Part shown: positions 39,301-53,429 of the stretch, one piece after another
How positions within the stretch are numbered: the stretch's first letter is position 1
How the letters are laid out: every line of letters begins with the position of its first letter
Assembly: GCA_964016885.1 (NCBI GenBank)
Contig: OZ024743.1
Coordinates: 71,114,001-71,178,000, forward strand
Origin: Eledone cirrhosa
Lineage: Eukaryota
Direction of reading: 5' to 3'
DNA: 64,000 nt
The notes under the pieces: model-generated
Told to the model about the DNA's origin: nothing
What the model saw: only the letters and a program-made list of their open reading frames with translations
Database searches by the model: none
Position numbers and translations under genes: made by a program

Positions 39301-42300
39301 AAAGAGGTAGTACAGATGGTCTTACCCTTGATCCCTAGATAAGAGGTAGAAAGGCTGGTCTTACTCTTGATCCCTAGATAAGAGGTAGTACAGATGGTCT
39401 TACCCTTGATCCCTAGATAAGAGGTAGAACATATGGTCTTACCCTTGATACCTAGATAAGAGGTAGTACAGATGGTCTTACCCTTGATCCCTAGATTAGA
39501 GGTAGTACACATTGTCTTACCCTTGATCCCTAGATCAGAGGTAGTACAGATGGTCTTACCCTTGATCACTAGATAAGAGATAGTACGGATTGTCTTACCC
39601 TTGATCCCTAGATAAGAGGTAGTGCAGATGGTCTTACCCTTGATCCCTAGATAAGAGATAGTACGGATGGTCTTACCCTTGATCCCTAGATAATAGATAG
39701 TACGGATGGTCTTACCCTTGATCCCTAGATAAGAGGTAGAACGGCTGGTCTTACTCTTGATCCCTAGATAAGAGGTAGTACAGATGGTCTTACCCTTAAT
39801 CCCTAGATAAGAGGTAGTACAGATTGTCTTAACCTTGATCCCTAGATTAGAGGTAGTACACATGGTCTTACCCTTGATCCCTAGATAAGAGGTAGTACCG
39901 ATGGTCTTACCCTTGATCCCTAGATAAGAGATAGTACGGATGGTCTTACCCTTGATCCCTAGATAAGAGGTAGTACAGACGGTCTTACCCTTGATCCCTA
40001 GATAAGAGATAGTACGGATGGTCTTACCCTTGATCCCTAGATAAGAGATAGTACGGATGGTCTTACCATTGATCCTGGATAAGAGGTAGTATGGATGGTC
40101 TTATCCTTGATCCCTAGATAAGAGGTAGTACGGATGGTCTTACCCTTGATCCCTAGATAAGAGGTAGTACAGATGGTCTTACCCTTGATCCCTAGATATG
40201 AGGTAGTACAGATGGTCTTACCCTTGATCCCTAGATAAGAGGTAGTACAGATGGTCTTACCCTTGACCCCTAGATAAGAGGTAGTACATATTGTCTTACC
40301 CTTGATCCCTAGATAAGAGGTAGTATAGATGGTCTTACCCTTGATCCCTAGATAAGAGGTAGTACGGATGGTCTTACCCTTGATCCCTAGATAAGAGGTA
40401 GTACAGGTGGTCTTTCCCTTGATCCCTAGATAAGAGGTAGTACAGATGGTCTTTCCCTTGATCCCTAGAAAAGAGGTAGTACAGATGGTCTTACCCTTGA
40501 TCTCTAGAAAAGAGGTAGTACAGATGGTCTTACCCTTGATCCCTAGATAAGAGGTAGAAAGGCTGGTCTTACTCTTGATCCCTAGATAAGAGGTAGTACA
40601 GATGGTCTTACCCTTGATCCCTAGATAAGAGGTAGAACATATGGTCTTACCCTTGATACCTAGATAAGAGGTAGTACAGATGGTCTTACCCTTGATCCCT
40701 AGATTAGAGGTAGTACACATTGTCTTACCCTTGATCCCTAGATCAGAGGTAGTACAGATGGTCTTACCCTTGATCACTAGATAAGAGATAGTACGGATTG
40801 TCTTACCCTTGATCCCTAGATAAGAGGTAGTGCAGATGGTCTTACCCTTGATCCCTAGATAAGAGATAGTACGGATGGTCTTACCCTTGATCCCTAGATA
40901 ATAGATAGTACGGATGGTCTTACCCTTGATCCCTAGATAAGAGGTAGAACGGCTGGTCTTACTCTTGATCCCTAGATAAGAGGTAGTACAGATGGTCTTA
41001 CCCTTAATCCCTAGATAAGAGGTAGTACAGATTGTCTTAACCTTGATCCCTAGATTAGAGGTAGTACACATGGTCTTACCCTTGATCCCTAGATAAGAGG
41101 TAGTACCGATGGTCTTACCCTTGATCCCTAGATAAGAGATAGTACGGATGGTCTTACCCTTGATCCCTAGATAAGAGGTAGTACAGACGGTCTTACCCTT
41201 GATCCCTAGATAAGAGATAGTACGGATGGTCTTACCCTTGATCCCTAGATAAGAGATAGTACGGATGGTCTTACCATTGATCCTGGATAAGAGGTAGTAT
41301 GGATGGTCTTATCCTTGATCCCTAGATAAGAGGTAGTACGGATGGTCTTACCCTTGATCCCTAGATAAGAGGTAGTACAGATGGTCTTACCCTTGATCCC
41401 TAGATAAGAGATAGTACGGATGGTCTTACCATTGATCCTGGATAAGAGGTAGTATGGATGGTCTTATCCTTGATCCCTAGATAAGAGGTAGTACGGATGG
41501 TCTTACCCTTGATCCCTAGATAAGAGGTAGTAGAGATGGTCTTACCCTTGATCCCTAGATAAGAGGTAGTACGGATGGTCTTACCCTTGATCCCTAGATA
41601 AGAGGTAGTACAGATGGTCTTTCCCTTGATCCCTAGATAAGAGGTAGTACAAGTGGTTTTACCCTTGATCCCTAGATAAGAGGTAGTACAGATGGTCTTT
41701 CTCTTGATCCCTAGAAAAGAGGTAGTACAGATGGTCTTACCCTTGATCTCTAAATAAGAGGTAGTACAGATGGTCTTACCCTTGATCCCTAGATAAGAGG
41801 TAGAACGGCTGGTCTTACTCTTGATCCCTTGATAAGAGGTAGTACAGCTGGTCTTACCCTTAATCCCTAGATAAGAGGTAGTACCGATTGTCTTACCCTT
41901 GATCCCTAGATAAGAGGTAGCACAAATGGTCATACCCTTGATCCCTAGATAAGAGGTAGTACGGATTGTCTTACCCTTGATCCCTAGATAAGAGGTAGTA
42001 CGGATTGTCTTACTCTTGATCCCTAGATAAGAGGTACTACAGATGGTCTTACCCTTGATCCCTAGATAAGAGGTAGTACGGATGGTCATACCCTTGATCC
42101 CTAGATAAGAAGTGGTCTTACTCTTGATCCCTAGATAAGAGGTAGTACAGACCGTTCTTACCCTTGATCCCTAGATAAGAGGTAGTACAGATGGTCTCAC
42201 CTTTGATCCCTAGATAAGAGGTAGTACAGATGGTCTTACCCTTGATCCCTAGATAAGAGGTAGTACCGATTGTCTTACCCTTGATCCCTAGATAAGAGGT

Positions 42301-45300
42301 AGTACGGATGTTCTTACCCTTGATCCCCAGATAAGAGGTAGTACAGATGGTCTTACCCTTGATCCCTAGATTAGAGGTAGTACAGATGGTCTTTGCCTTG
42401 ATCCCTAGATAAGAGGTAGTACAGGTGGTGTTACGCTTGATCTCTAGATAAGAGGTAGTACAGATGGTCTTTCCCTTGATCCCTAGAAAAGAGGTAGTAC
42501 AGATGGTCTTACCCTTGATCTCTAGAAAAGAGGTAGTACAGATGGTCTTACCCTTGATCTCTAGATAAGAGGTAAAACGGCTGGTCTTACTCTTGATCCC
42601 TTGATAAGAGGTAGTACAGCTGGTCTTACCCTTGATCCCTAGATAAGAGGTAGTACCGATTGTCTTACCCTTGATCCCTAGATAAGAGGTAGAACATATG
42701 GTCTTACCCTTGATACCTAGATAAGAGGTAGTACAGATGGTCTTACCCTTGATTCCTAGATTAGAGGTAGTACACATTGTCTTACCCTTGATCCCTAGAT
42801 CAGAGGTAGTACAGATGGTCTTACCCTTGATCCCTATATAAGAGATAGTACGGATGGTCTTACCCTTGATCCCTAGATAATAGATAGTACGGATGGTCTT
42901 ACCCTTGATCCCTAGATAAGAGGTAGAACGGCTGGTCTTACTCTTGATCCCTAGATAAGAGGTAGTACAGATGGTCTTACCCTTAATCCCTAGATAAGAG
43001 GTAGTACAGATTGTCTTAACCTTGATCCCTAGATTAGAGGTAGTACACATGGTCTTACCCTTGATCCCTAGATAAGAGGTAGTACCGATGCTCTTACCCT
43101 TGATCCCTAGATAAGAGATAGTACGGATGGTCTTACCCTTGATCCCTAGATAAGAGGTAGTACAGACGGTCTTACCCTTGATCCCTAGATAAGAGATAGT
43201 ACGGATGGTCTTACCCTTGATCCCTAGATAAGAGATAGTACGGATGGTCTTACCATTGATCCTGGATAAGAGGTAGTATGGATGGTCTTATCCTTGATCC
43301 CTAGATAAGAGGTAGTACGGATGGTCTTACCCTTGATCCCTAGATAAGAGGTAGTACAGATGGTCTTACCCTTGATCCCTAGATAAGAGATAGTACGGAT
43401 GGTCTTACCATTGATCCTGGATAAGAGGTAGTATGGATGGTCTTATCCTTGATCCCTAGATAAGAGGTAGTACGGATGGTCTTACCCTTGATCCCTAGAT
43501 AAGAGGTAGTAGAGATGGTCTTACCCTTGATCCCTAGATAAGAGGTAGTACGGATGGTCTTACCCTTGATCCCTAGATAAGAGGTAGTACAGATGGTCTT
43601 TCCCTTGATCCCTAGATAAGAGGTAGTACAAGTGGTTTTACCCTTGATCCCTAGATAAGAGGTAGTACAGATGGTCTTTCCCTTGATCCCTAAAAAGAGG
43701 TAGTACAGATGGTCTTACCCTTGATCTCTAAATAAGAGGTAGTACAGATGGTCTTACCCTTGATCCCTAGATAAGAGGTAGAACGGCTGGTCTTACTCTT
43801 GATCCCTTGATAAGAGGTAGTACAGCTGGTCTTACCCTTGATCCCTAGATAAGAGGTAGTACCGATTGTCTTACCCTTGATCCCTAGATAAGAGGTAGCA
43901 CAAATGGTCATACCCTTGATCCCTAGATAAGAGGTAGTACGGATTGTCTTACCCTTGATCCCTAGATAAGAGGTAGTACGGATGTTCTTACCCTTGATCC
44001 CCAGATAAGAGGTAGTACAGATGGTCTTACCCTTGATCCCTAGAAAAGAGGTAGTACAGATGGTCTTACCCTTGATCCCTAGATAAGAGGTAGAAAGGCT
44101 GGTCTTACTCTTGATCCCTAGATAAGAGGTAGTACAGACCGTTCTCACCCTTGATCCCTAGATAAGAGGTAGTACAGATGGTCTCACCTTTGATCCCTAG
44201 ATAAGAGGTAGTACAGATGGTCTTACCCTTGATCCCTAGATAAGAGGTAGTACCGATTGTCTTACCCTTGATCCCTAGATAAGAGGTAGTACGGATGTTC
44301 TTACCCTTGATCCCCAGATAAGAGGTAGTACAGATGGTCTTACCCTTGATCCCTAGATTAGAGGTAGTACAGATTGTTCTTACCCTTAATCCCTAGATAA
44401 GAGGTAGTACAGATGGTCTTACCCTTGATCCCTAGATAAGAGGTAGTACGGATGGTCTTACCCTTGATCCCTAGATAAGAGGTAGTACAGATGGTCTTTG
44501 CCTTGATCCCTAGATAAGAGGTAGTACAGGTGGTGTTACGCTTGATCTCTAGATAAGAGGTAGTACAGATGGTCTTTCCCTTGATCCCTAGAAAAGAGGT
44601 AGTACAGATGGTCTTACCCTTGATCTCTAGAAAAGAGGTAGTACAGATGGTCTTACCCTTGATCTCTAGATAAGAGGTAAAACGGCTGGTCTTACTCTTG
44701 ATCCCTTGATAAGAGGTAGTACAGCTGGTCTTACCCTTGATCCCTAGATAAGAGGTAGTACCGATTGTCTTACCCTTGATCCCTAGATAAGAGGTAGAAC
44801 ATATGGTCTTACCCTTGATACCTAGATAAGAGGTTGTACAGATGGTCTTACCCTTGATTCCTAGATTAGAGGTAGTACACATTGTCTTACCCTTGATCCC
44901 TAGATCAGAGGTAGTACAGATGGTCTTACCCTTGATCCCTATATAAGAGATAGTACGGATGGTCTTACCCTTGATCCCTAGATAATAGATAGTACGGATG
45001 GTCTTACCCTTGATCCCTAGATAAGAGGTAGAACGGCTGGTCTTACTCTTGATCCCTAGATAAGAGGTAGTACAGATGGTCTTACCCTTAATCCCTAGAT
45101 AAGAGGTAGTACAGATTGTCTTAACCTTGATCCCTAGATTAGAGGTAGTACACATGGTCTTACCCTTGATCCCTAGATAAGAGGTAGTACCGATGCTCTT
45201 ACCCTTGATCCCTAGATAAGAGATAGTACGGATGGTCTTACCCTTGATCCCTAGATAAGAGGTAGTACAGACGGTCTTACCCTTGATCCCTAGATAAGAG

Positions 45301-48300
45301 ATAGTACGGATGGTCTTACCCTTGATCCCTAGATAAGAGATAGTACGGATGGTCTTACCATTGATCCTGGATAAGAGGTAGTATGGATGGTCTTATCCTT
45401 GATCCCTAGATAAGAGGTAGTACGGATGGTCTTACCCTTGATCCCTAGATAAGAGGTAGTACAGATGGTCTTACCCTTGATCCCTAGATAAGAGATAGTA
45501 CGGATGGTCTTACCATTGATCCTGGATAAGAGGTAGTATGGATGGTCTTATCCTTGATCCCTAGATAAGAGGTAGTACGGATGGTCTTACCCTTGATCCC
45601 TAGATAAGAGGTAGTAGAGATGGTCTTACCCTTGATCCCTAGATAAGAGGTAGTACGGATGGTCTTACCCTTGATCCCTAGATAAGAGGTAGTACAGATG
45701 GTCTTTCCCTTGATCCCTAGATAAGAGGTAGTACAAGTGGTTTTACCCTTGATCCCTAGATAAGAGGTAGTACAGATGGTCTTTCCCTTGATCCCTAAAA
45801 AGAGGTAGTACAGATGGTCTTACCCTTGATCTCTAAATAAGAGGTAGTACAGATGGTCTTACCCTTGATCCCTAGATAAGAGGTAGAACGGCTGGTCTTA
45901 CTCTTGATCCCTTGATAAGAGGTAGTACAGCTGGTCTTACCCTTGATCCCTAGATAAGAGGTAGTACCGATTGTCTTACCCTTGATCCCTAGATAAGAGG
46001 TAGCACAAATGGTCATACCCTTGATCCCTAGATAAGAGGTAGTACGGATTGTCTTACCCTTGATCCCTAGATAAGAGGTAGTACGGATGTTCTTACCCTT
46101 GATCCCCAGATAAGAGGTAGTACAGATGGTCTTACCCTTGATCCCTAGAAAAGAGGTAGTACAGATGGTCTTACCCTTGATCCCTAGATAAGAGGTAGAA
46201 AGGCTGGTCTTACTCTTGATCCCTAGATAAGAGGTAGTACAGACCGTTCTCACCCTTGATCCCTAGATAAGAGGTAGTACAGATGGTCTCACCTTTGATC
46301 CCTAGATAAGAGGTAGTACAGATGGTCTTACCCTTGATCCCTAGATAAGAGGTAGTACCGATTGTCTTACCCTTGATCCCTAGATAAGAGGTAGTACGGA
46401 TGTTCTTACCCTTGATCCCCAGATAAGAGGTAGTACAGATGGTCTTACCCTTGATCCCTAGATTAGAGGTAGTACAGATTGTTCTTACCCTTAATCCCTA
46501 GATAAGAGGTAGTACAGATGGTCTTACCCTTGATCCCTAGATAAGAGGTAGTACGGATGGTCTTACCCTTGATCCCTAGATAAGAGGTAGTACAGATGGT
46601 CTTTGCCTTGATCCCTAGATAAGAGGTAGTACAGGTGGTGTTACGCTTGATCTCTAGATAAGAGGTAGTACAGATGGTCTTTCCCTTGATCCCTAGAAAA
46701 GAGGTAGTACAGATGGTCTTACCCTTGATCTCTAGAAAAGAGGTAGTACAGATGGTCTTACCCTTGATCCCTAGATAAGAGGTAGAACGGCTGGTTTTAC
46801 TCTTGATCCCTAAATAAGAGGTAGTACAGATGGTCTTACCCTTGATCCCTAGATAAGAGGTAGAATATATGGTCTTACTCTTGATCCCTAGATAAGAGTT
46901 AGTACAGATGGTTGTACCCTTGATCCCTAGATAAGAAGTGGTCTTACTTTTTATCCCTAGAAAAGAGGTAGTACAGATGGTCTTACCCTTGATCTCTAGA
47001 AAAGAGGTAGTACAGATGGTCTTACCCTTGATCCCTAGATAAGAGGTAGTACAGATGGTCTTACCCTTGATCCCTAGATAAGAGGTAGTACAGATGGTCT
47101 TACCCTTGACCCCTAGATAAGAGGTAGTACATATTGTCTTACCCTTGATCCCTAGATAAGAGGTAGTACAGATGGTCTTACCCTTGATCCCTAGATAAGA
47201 GGTAGTACGGATGGTCTTACCCTTGATTCCTAGATAAGAGGTAGTACAGATGGTCTTTCCCTTGATCCCTAGATAAGAGGTATTACAGATGGTCTTTCCC
47301 TTGATCCCTAGAAAAGAGGTAGTACAGATGGTCTTACCCTTGATCCCTAGATAAGAGGTAGAAAGGCTGGTCTTACTCTTGATCCCTAGATAAGAGGTAG
47401 TACAGATGGTCTTACCCTTGATCCCTAGATAAGAGGTAGAACATATGGTCTTACCCTTGATACCTAGATAAGAGGTAGTACAGATGGTCTTACCCTTGAT
47501 CCCTAGATTAGAGGTAGTACACATTGTCTTACCCTTGATCCCTAGATCAGAGGTAGTACAGATGGTCTTACCCTTGATCACTAGATAAGAGATAGTACGG
47601 ATTGTCTTACCCTTGATCCCTAGATAAGAGGTAGTGCAGATGGTCTTACCCTTGATCCCTAGATAAGAGATAGTACGGATGGTCTTACCCTTGATCCCTA
47701 GATAATAGATAGTACGGATGGTCTTACCCTTGATCCCTAGATAAGAGGTAGAACGGCTGGTCTTACTCTTGATCCCTAGATAAGAGGTAGTACAGATGGT
47801 CTTACCCTTAATCCCTAGATAAGAGGTAGTACAGATTGTCTTAACCTTGATCCCTAGATTAGAGGTAGTACACATGGTCTTACCCTTGATCCCTAGATAA
47901 GAGGTAGTACCGATGGTCTTACCCTTGATCCCTAGATAAGAGGTAGTACAGACGGTCTTACCCTTGATCCCTAGATAAGAGATAGTACGGATGGTCTTAC
48001 CCTTGATCCCTAGATAAGAGATAGTACGGATGGTCTTACCATTGATCCTGGATAAGAGGTAGTATGGATGGTCTTATCCTTGATCCCTAGATAAGAGGTA
48101 GTACGGATGGTCTTACCCTTGATCCCTAGATAAGAGGTAGTACAGATGGTCTTACCCTTGATCCCTAGATAAGAGATAGTACGGATGGTCTTACCATTGA
48201 TCCTGGATAAGAGTTAGTATGGATGGTCTTATCCTTGATCCCTAGATAAGAGGTAGTACGGATGGTCTTACCCTTGATCCCTAGATAAGAGGCAGTAGAG

Positions 48301-51300
48301 ATGGTCTTACCCTTGATCCCTAGATAAGAGGTAGTACGGATGGTCTTACCCTTGATCCCTAGATAAGAGGTAGTACAGATGGTCTTTCCCTTGATCCCTA
48401 GATAAGAGGTAGTACAAGTGGTTTTACCCTTGATCCCTAGATAAGAGGTAGTACAGATGGTCTTTCCCTTGATCCCTAGAAAAGAGGTAGTACAGATGGT
48501 CTTACCCTTGATCTCTAAATAAGAGGTAGTACAGATGGTCTTACCCTTGATCCCTAGATAAGAGGTAGAACGGCTGGTCTTACTCTTGATCCCTTGATAA
48601 GAGGTAGTACAGCTGGTCTTACTCTTGATCCCTAGATAAGAGGTAGTACCGATTGTCTTACCCTTGATCCCTAGATAAGAGGTAGTACGGATGTTCTTAC
48701 CCTTGATCCCCAGATAAGAGGTAGTACAGATGGTCTTACCCTTGATCCCTAGATTAGAGGTAGTACAGATTGTTCTTACCCTTGATCCCTAGATAAGAGG
48801 TAGTACAGATGGTCTTACCCTTGATCCCTAGATAAGAGGTAGTACGGATGGTCTTACCCTTGATCCCTAGATAAGAGGTAGTACAGATGGTCTGTGCCTT
48901 GATCCCTAGATAAGAGGTAGTACAGGTGGTGTTACGCTTTATCTCTAGATAAGAGGTAGTACAGATGGTCTTTCCCTTGATCCCTAGAAAAGAGGTAGTA
49001 CAGATGGTCTTACCCTTGATCTCTAGAAAAGAGGTAGTACAGATGGTCTTACCCTTGATCCCTAGATAAGAGGTAGAACGGCTGGTCTTACTCTTGATCC
49101 CTAGATAAGAGGTAGTACAGATGGTCTTACCCTTGATCCCTAGATAAGAGGTAGAATATATGGTCTTACTCTTGATCCCTAGATAAGAGTTAGTACAGAT
49201 GGTTGTACCCTTGATCCCTAGATTAGAGGTAGTACGGATGGTCTTAGCCTTGATCCCTAGATAAGAGGTAGTACGTGGTCGTACCCTTGATCCCTAGATA
49301 AGAAGTGGTCTTACTTTTTATCCCTAGATAAGAGGTAGTACAGATTGTTCTCACCTTGATCCCTAGATAAGAGGTAGTACAGATGGTCTCACCTTTGATC
49401 CCTAGATAAGAGGTAGTACAGATGGTCTTACCCTTTATCCCTAGATAAGAGGTAGTACCGATTGTCTTACCCTTGATCCCTAGATAAGAGGTAGTACGGA
49501 TGGTCTTACCCTTGATCCCTAGATAAGAGGTAGTACAGATGGTCTTACCCTTGATCCCTAGATAAGAGGTAGTACAGATGGTCTTACCCTTGATCCCTAG
49601 ATAAGAGGTAGTACAGATGGTCTTACCCTTGACCCCTAGATAAGAGGTAGTACATATTGTCTTACCCTTGATCCCTAGATAAGAGGTAGTACAGATGGTC
49701 TTACCCTTGATCCCTAGATAAGAGGTAGTACGGATGGTCTTAACCTTGATCCCTAGATAAGAGGTAGTACAGATGGTCTTTCCCTTGATCCCTAGATAAG
49801 AGGTAGTACAGATGGTCTTTCCCTTGATCCCTAGAAAAGAGGTAGTACAGATGGTCTTACCCTTTATCTCTAGAAAAGAGGTAGTACAGATGGTCTTACC
49901 CTTGATCCCTAGATAATAGGTAGAAAGGCTGGTCTTACTCTTGATCCCTAGATAAGAGGTAGTACAGATGGTCTTACCCTTGATCCCTAGATAAGAGGTA
50001 GAACATATGGTCTTACCCTTGATCCCTAGATAAGAGGTAGTACAGATGGTCTTACCCTTGATCCCTAGATTAGAGGTAGTACACATTGTCTTACCCTTGA
50101 TCCCTAGATCAGAGGTAGTACAGATGGTCTTACCCTTGATCACTAGATAAGAGATAGTACGGATGGTCTTACCCTTGATCCCTAGATAAGAGGTAGTGCA
50201 GATGGTCTTACCCTTGATCCCTAGATAAGAGGTAGTACAGATGGTCTTACCCTTGATCCCTAGATAAGAGGTAGTACGGATGGTCTTACCCTTGATCCCT
50301 AGATAAGAGGTAGTACAGATGGTCTTTCCCTTGATCCCTAGATAAGAGGTAGTACAGGTGGTGTTACGCTTTATCTCTAGATAAGAGGTAGTACAGATGG
50401 TCTTTCCCTTGATCCCTAGAAAAGAGGTAGTACAGATGGTCTTACCCTTGATCTCTAGAAAAGAGGTAGTACAGATGGTCTTACCCTTGATCCCTAGATA
50501 AGAGGTAGAACGGCTGGTCTTACTCTTGATCCCTAGATAAGAGGTAGTACAGATGGTCTTACCCTTGATCCCTAGATAAGAGGTAGAATATATGGTCTTA
50601 CTCTTGATCCCTAAATAAGAGTTAGTACAGATGGTTGTACCCTTGATCCCTAGATTAGAGGTAGTACGGATGGTCTTAGCCTTGATCCCTAGATAAGAGG
50701 TAGTACGTGGTCGTACCCTTGATCCCTAGATAAGAAGTGGTCTTACTTTTTATCCCTAGATAAGAGGTAGTACAGATTGTTCTCACCTTGATCCCTAGAT
50801 AAGAGGTAGTACAGATGGTCTCACCTTTGATCCCTAGATAAGAGGTAGTACAGATGGTCTTACCCTTTATCCCTAGATAAGAGGTAGTACCGATTGTCTT
50901 ACCCTTGATCCCTAGATAAGAGGTAGTACGGATGGTCTTACCCTTGATCCCTAGATAAGAGGTAGTACAGATGGTCTTACCCTTGATCCCTAGATAAGAG
51001 GTAGTACAGATGGTCTTACCCTTGATCCCTAGATAAGAGGTAGTACAGATGGTCTTACCCTTGACCCCTAGATAAGAGGTAGTACATATTGTCTTACCCT
51101 TGATCCCTAGATAAGAGGTAGTACAGATGGTCTTACCCTTGATCCCTAGATAATAGGTAGTACGGATGGTCTTAACCTTGATCCCTAGATAAGAGGTAGT
51201 ACAGATGGTCTTTCCCTTGATCCCTAGATAAGAGGTAGTACAGATGGTCTTTCCCTTGATCCCTAGAAAAGAGGTAGTACAGATGGTCTTACCCTTTATC

Positions 51301-52993
51301 TCTAGAAAAGAGGTAGTACAGATGGTCTTACCCTTGATCCCTAGATAATAGGTAGAAAGGCTGGTCTTACTCTTGATCCCTAGATAAGGGGTAGTACAGA
51401 TGGTCTTACCCTTGATCCCTAGATAAGAGGTAGAACATATGGTCTTACCCTTGATCCCTAGATAAGAGGTAGTACAGATGGTCTTACCCTTGATCCCTAG
51501 ATTAGAGGTAGTACACATTGTCTTACCCTTGATCCCTAGATCAGAGGTAGTACAGATGGTCTTACCCTTGATCACTAGATAAGAGATAGTACGGATGGTC
51601 TTACCCTTGATCCCTAGATAAGAGGTAGTGCAGATGGTCTTACCCTTGATCCCTAGATAAGAGATAGTACGGATGGTCTTACCCTTGATCCCTAGATAAG
51701 AGGTAGAACGGCTGGTCTTACCCTTGATCTCTAGAAAAGAGGTAGTACAGATGGTCTTACCCTTGATCCCTAGATAAGAGGTAGAAAGGCTGGTCTTACT
51801 CTTGATCCCTAGATAAGAGGTAGTACAGATGGTCTTACCCTTGATCCCTAGATAAGAGGTAGAACATATGGTCTTACCCTTGATCCCTAGATAAGAGGTA
51901 CTACAGATTGTCTTACCCTTGATCCCTAGATTAGAGGTAGTACACATGGTCTTACCCTTGATCCCTAGATAAGAGGTAGTACCGATGGTCTTACCCTTGA
52001 TCCCTAGATAAGAGATAGTACGGATGGTCTTACCCTTGATCCCTAGATAAGAGGTAGTACAGACGGTCTTACCCTTGATCCCTAGATAAGAGATAGTACG
52101 GATGGTCTTACCCTTGATCTCTAGATAAGAGGTAGTACGGATGGTCTTACCCTTGATCCCTAGATAAGAGGTAGTACAGATGGTCTTACCCTTGATCCCT
52201 AGATAAGAGATAGTACGGATGGTCTTACCATTGATCCTGGATAAGAGGTAGTATGGATGGTCATATCCTTGATCCCTAGATAAGAGGTAGTACGGATGCT
52301 CTTACCCTTGATCCCTAGATAAGAGGTAGTAGAGATGGTCTTACCCTTGATCCCTAGATAAGACGTAGTACGGATGGTCTTACCCTTGATCCCTAGATAA
52401 GAGGTAGTACAGATGGTCTTTCCCTTGATCCCTAGATAAGAGGTAGTACAAGTGGTTTTACCCTTGATCCCTAGATAAGAGGTAGTACAGATGGTCTTTC
52501 CCTTGATCCCTAGAAAAGAGGTAGTACAGATGCTCTTACCCTTGATCTCTAAATAAGAGGTAGTACAGATGGTCTTACCCTTGATCCCTAGATAAGAGGT
52601 AGAACGGCTGGTCTTACTCTTGATCCCTTGATAAGAGGTAGTACAGCTGGTCTTACCCTTGATCCCTAGATAAGAGGTAGTATAGATGGTCTTACCCTTG
52701 ATCTCTAGATAAGAGGTACAACGGCTGATCTTACCCTTGATCCCTAGATAAGAGCTTCTACGGATGGTCTTACCCTTGATCCATTGATAAGAGGTAGTAC
52801 AAATGGTCTTACCCTTGATCCCTAGATAAGAGGTAGTACAGATGGTCTTACCCTTGATCCCTAGATAAGAGGAAGTACAGATGGTCTTACCCTTGATCTC
52901 TAGATAAGAGGTAGTACCGATGATCTTACCCTTGATTCCTAGATAAGAGGTAGTACAGATGGTCTTTCCCTTGATCCATAGAAAAGAGGTAGA
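30315..52993. repeat. 39-bp satellite, ~580 units, with higher-order repeats
   Basis: ctagataagaggtagtacagatggtcttacccttgatcc; 13-aa period in the ORF track. Confidence 0.99.
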
Positions 52994-53094
52994 TATCTCA
53001 TTTGGTACCACCACAGTTAACAACCCTTGATACTTTCCACATCCTGGATGCTATAGTAAAGGAGTGGATCCCCGTAACAGATGGAATACAATTC

Positions 53095-53425
53095 TAATGT
53101 ATCAGGAGCTGGTGCAGTAATATGCCAGCTGCAGCATTCAGTGATCAGAAGAAGGGAGGTTGGCGTAAAAACCAAACTCACCATCTTCAATTCGCTATTC
53201 GTGCTAAGCCTTATCTATGGTCATGAATTTTGTTAATCACTGAAAGAATACGATCGCGAATACAAGCTGCCAAAACGGGAGTAAAGTTACTCGATAGAGT
53301 GCGTAGCTTGGAGATCAGTGAATCACCCTAGGTAGAGCCGTTACTTCCCCAAATTGAGAGATCATAGCTTCGATACTATGGATATGTAGCTAGAATGTCT
53401 TAGGAAAGAATCACTGGACAGATTT
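53095..53425 (+). mobile_element. RTE-clade (Expander-like) LINE internal fragment
   Basis: GAVICQLQHSVIRRREVGVKTKLTIFNSLFVLSLIYGHE..TERIRSRIQAA..LRYYGYVARM. Confidence 0.85.
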
Positions 53426-53429
53426 ATTT

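Noticed and set aside
21383-52993. CRISPR-like array
   Set aside because: Contiguous units, no unique spacers, no cas genes, eukaryotic context
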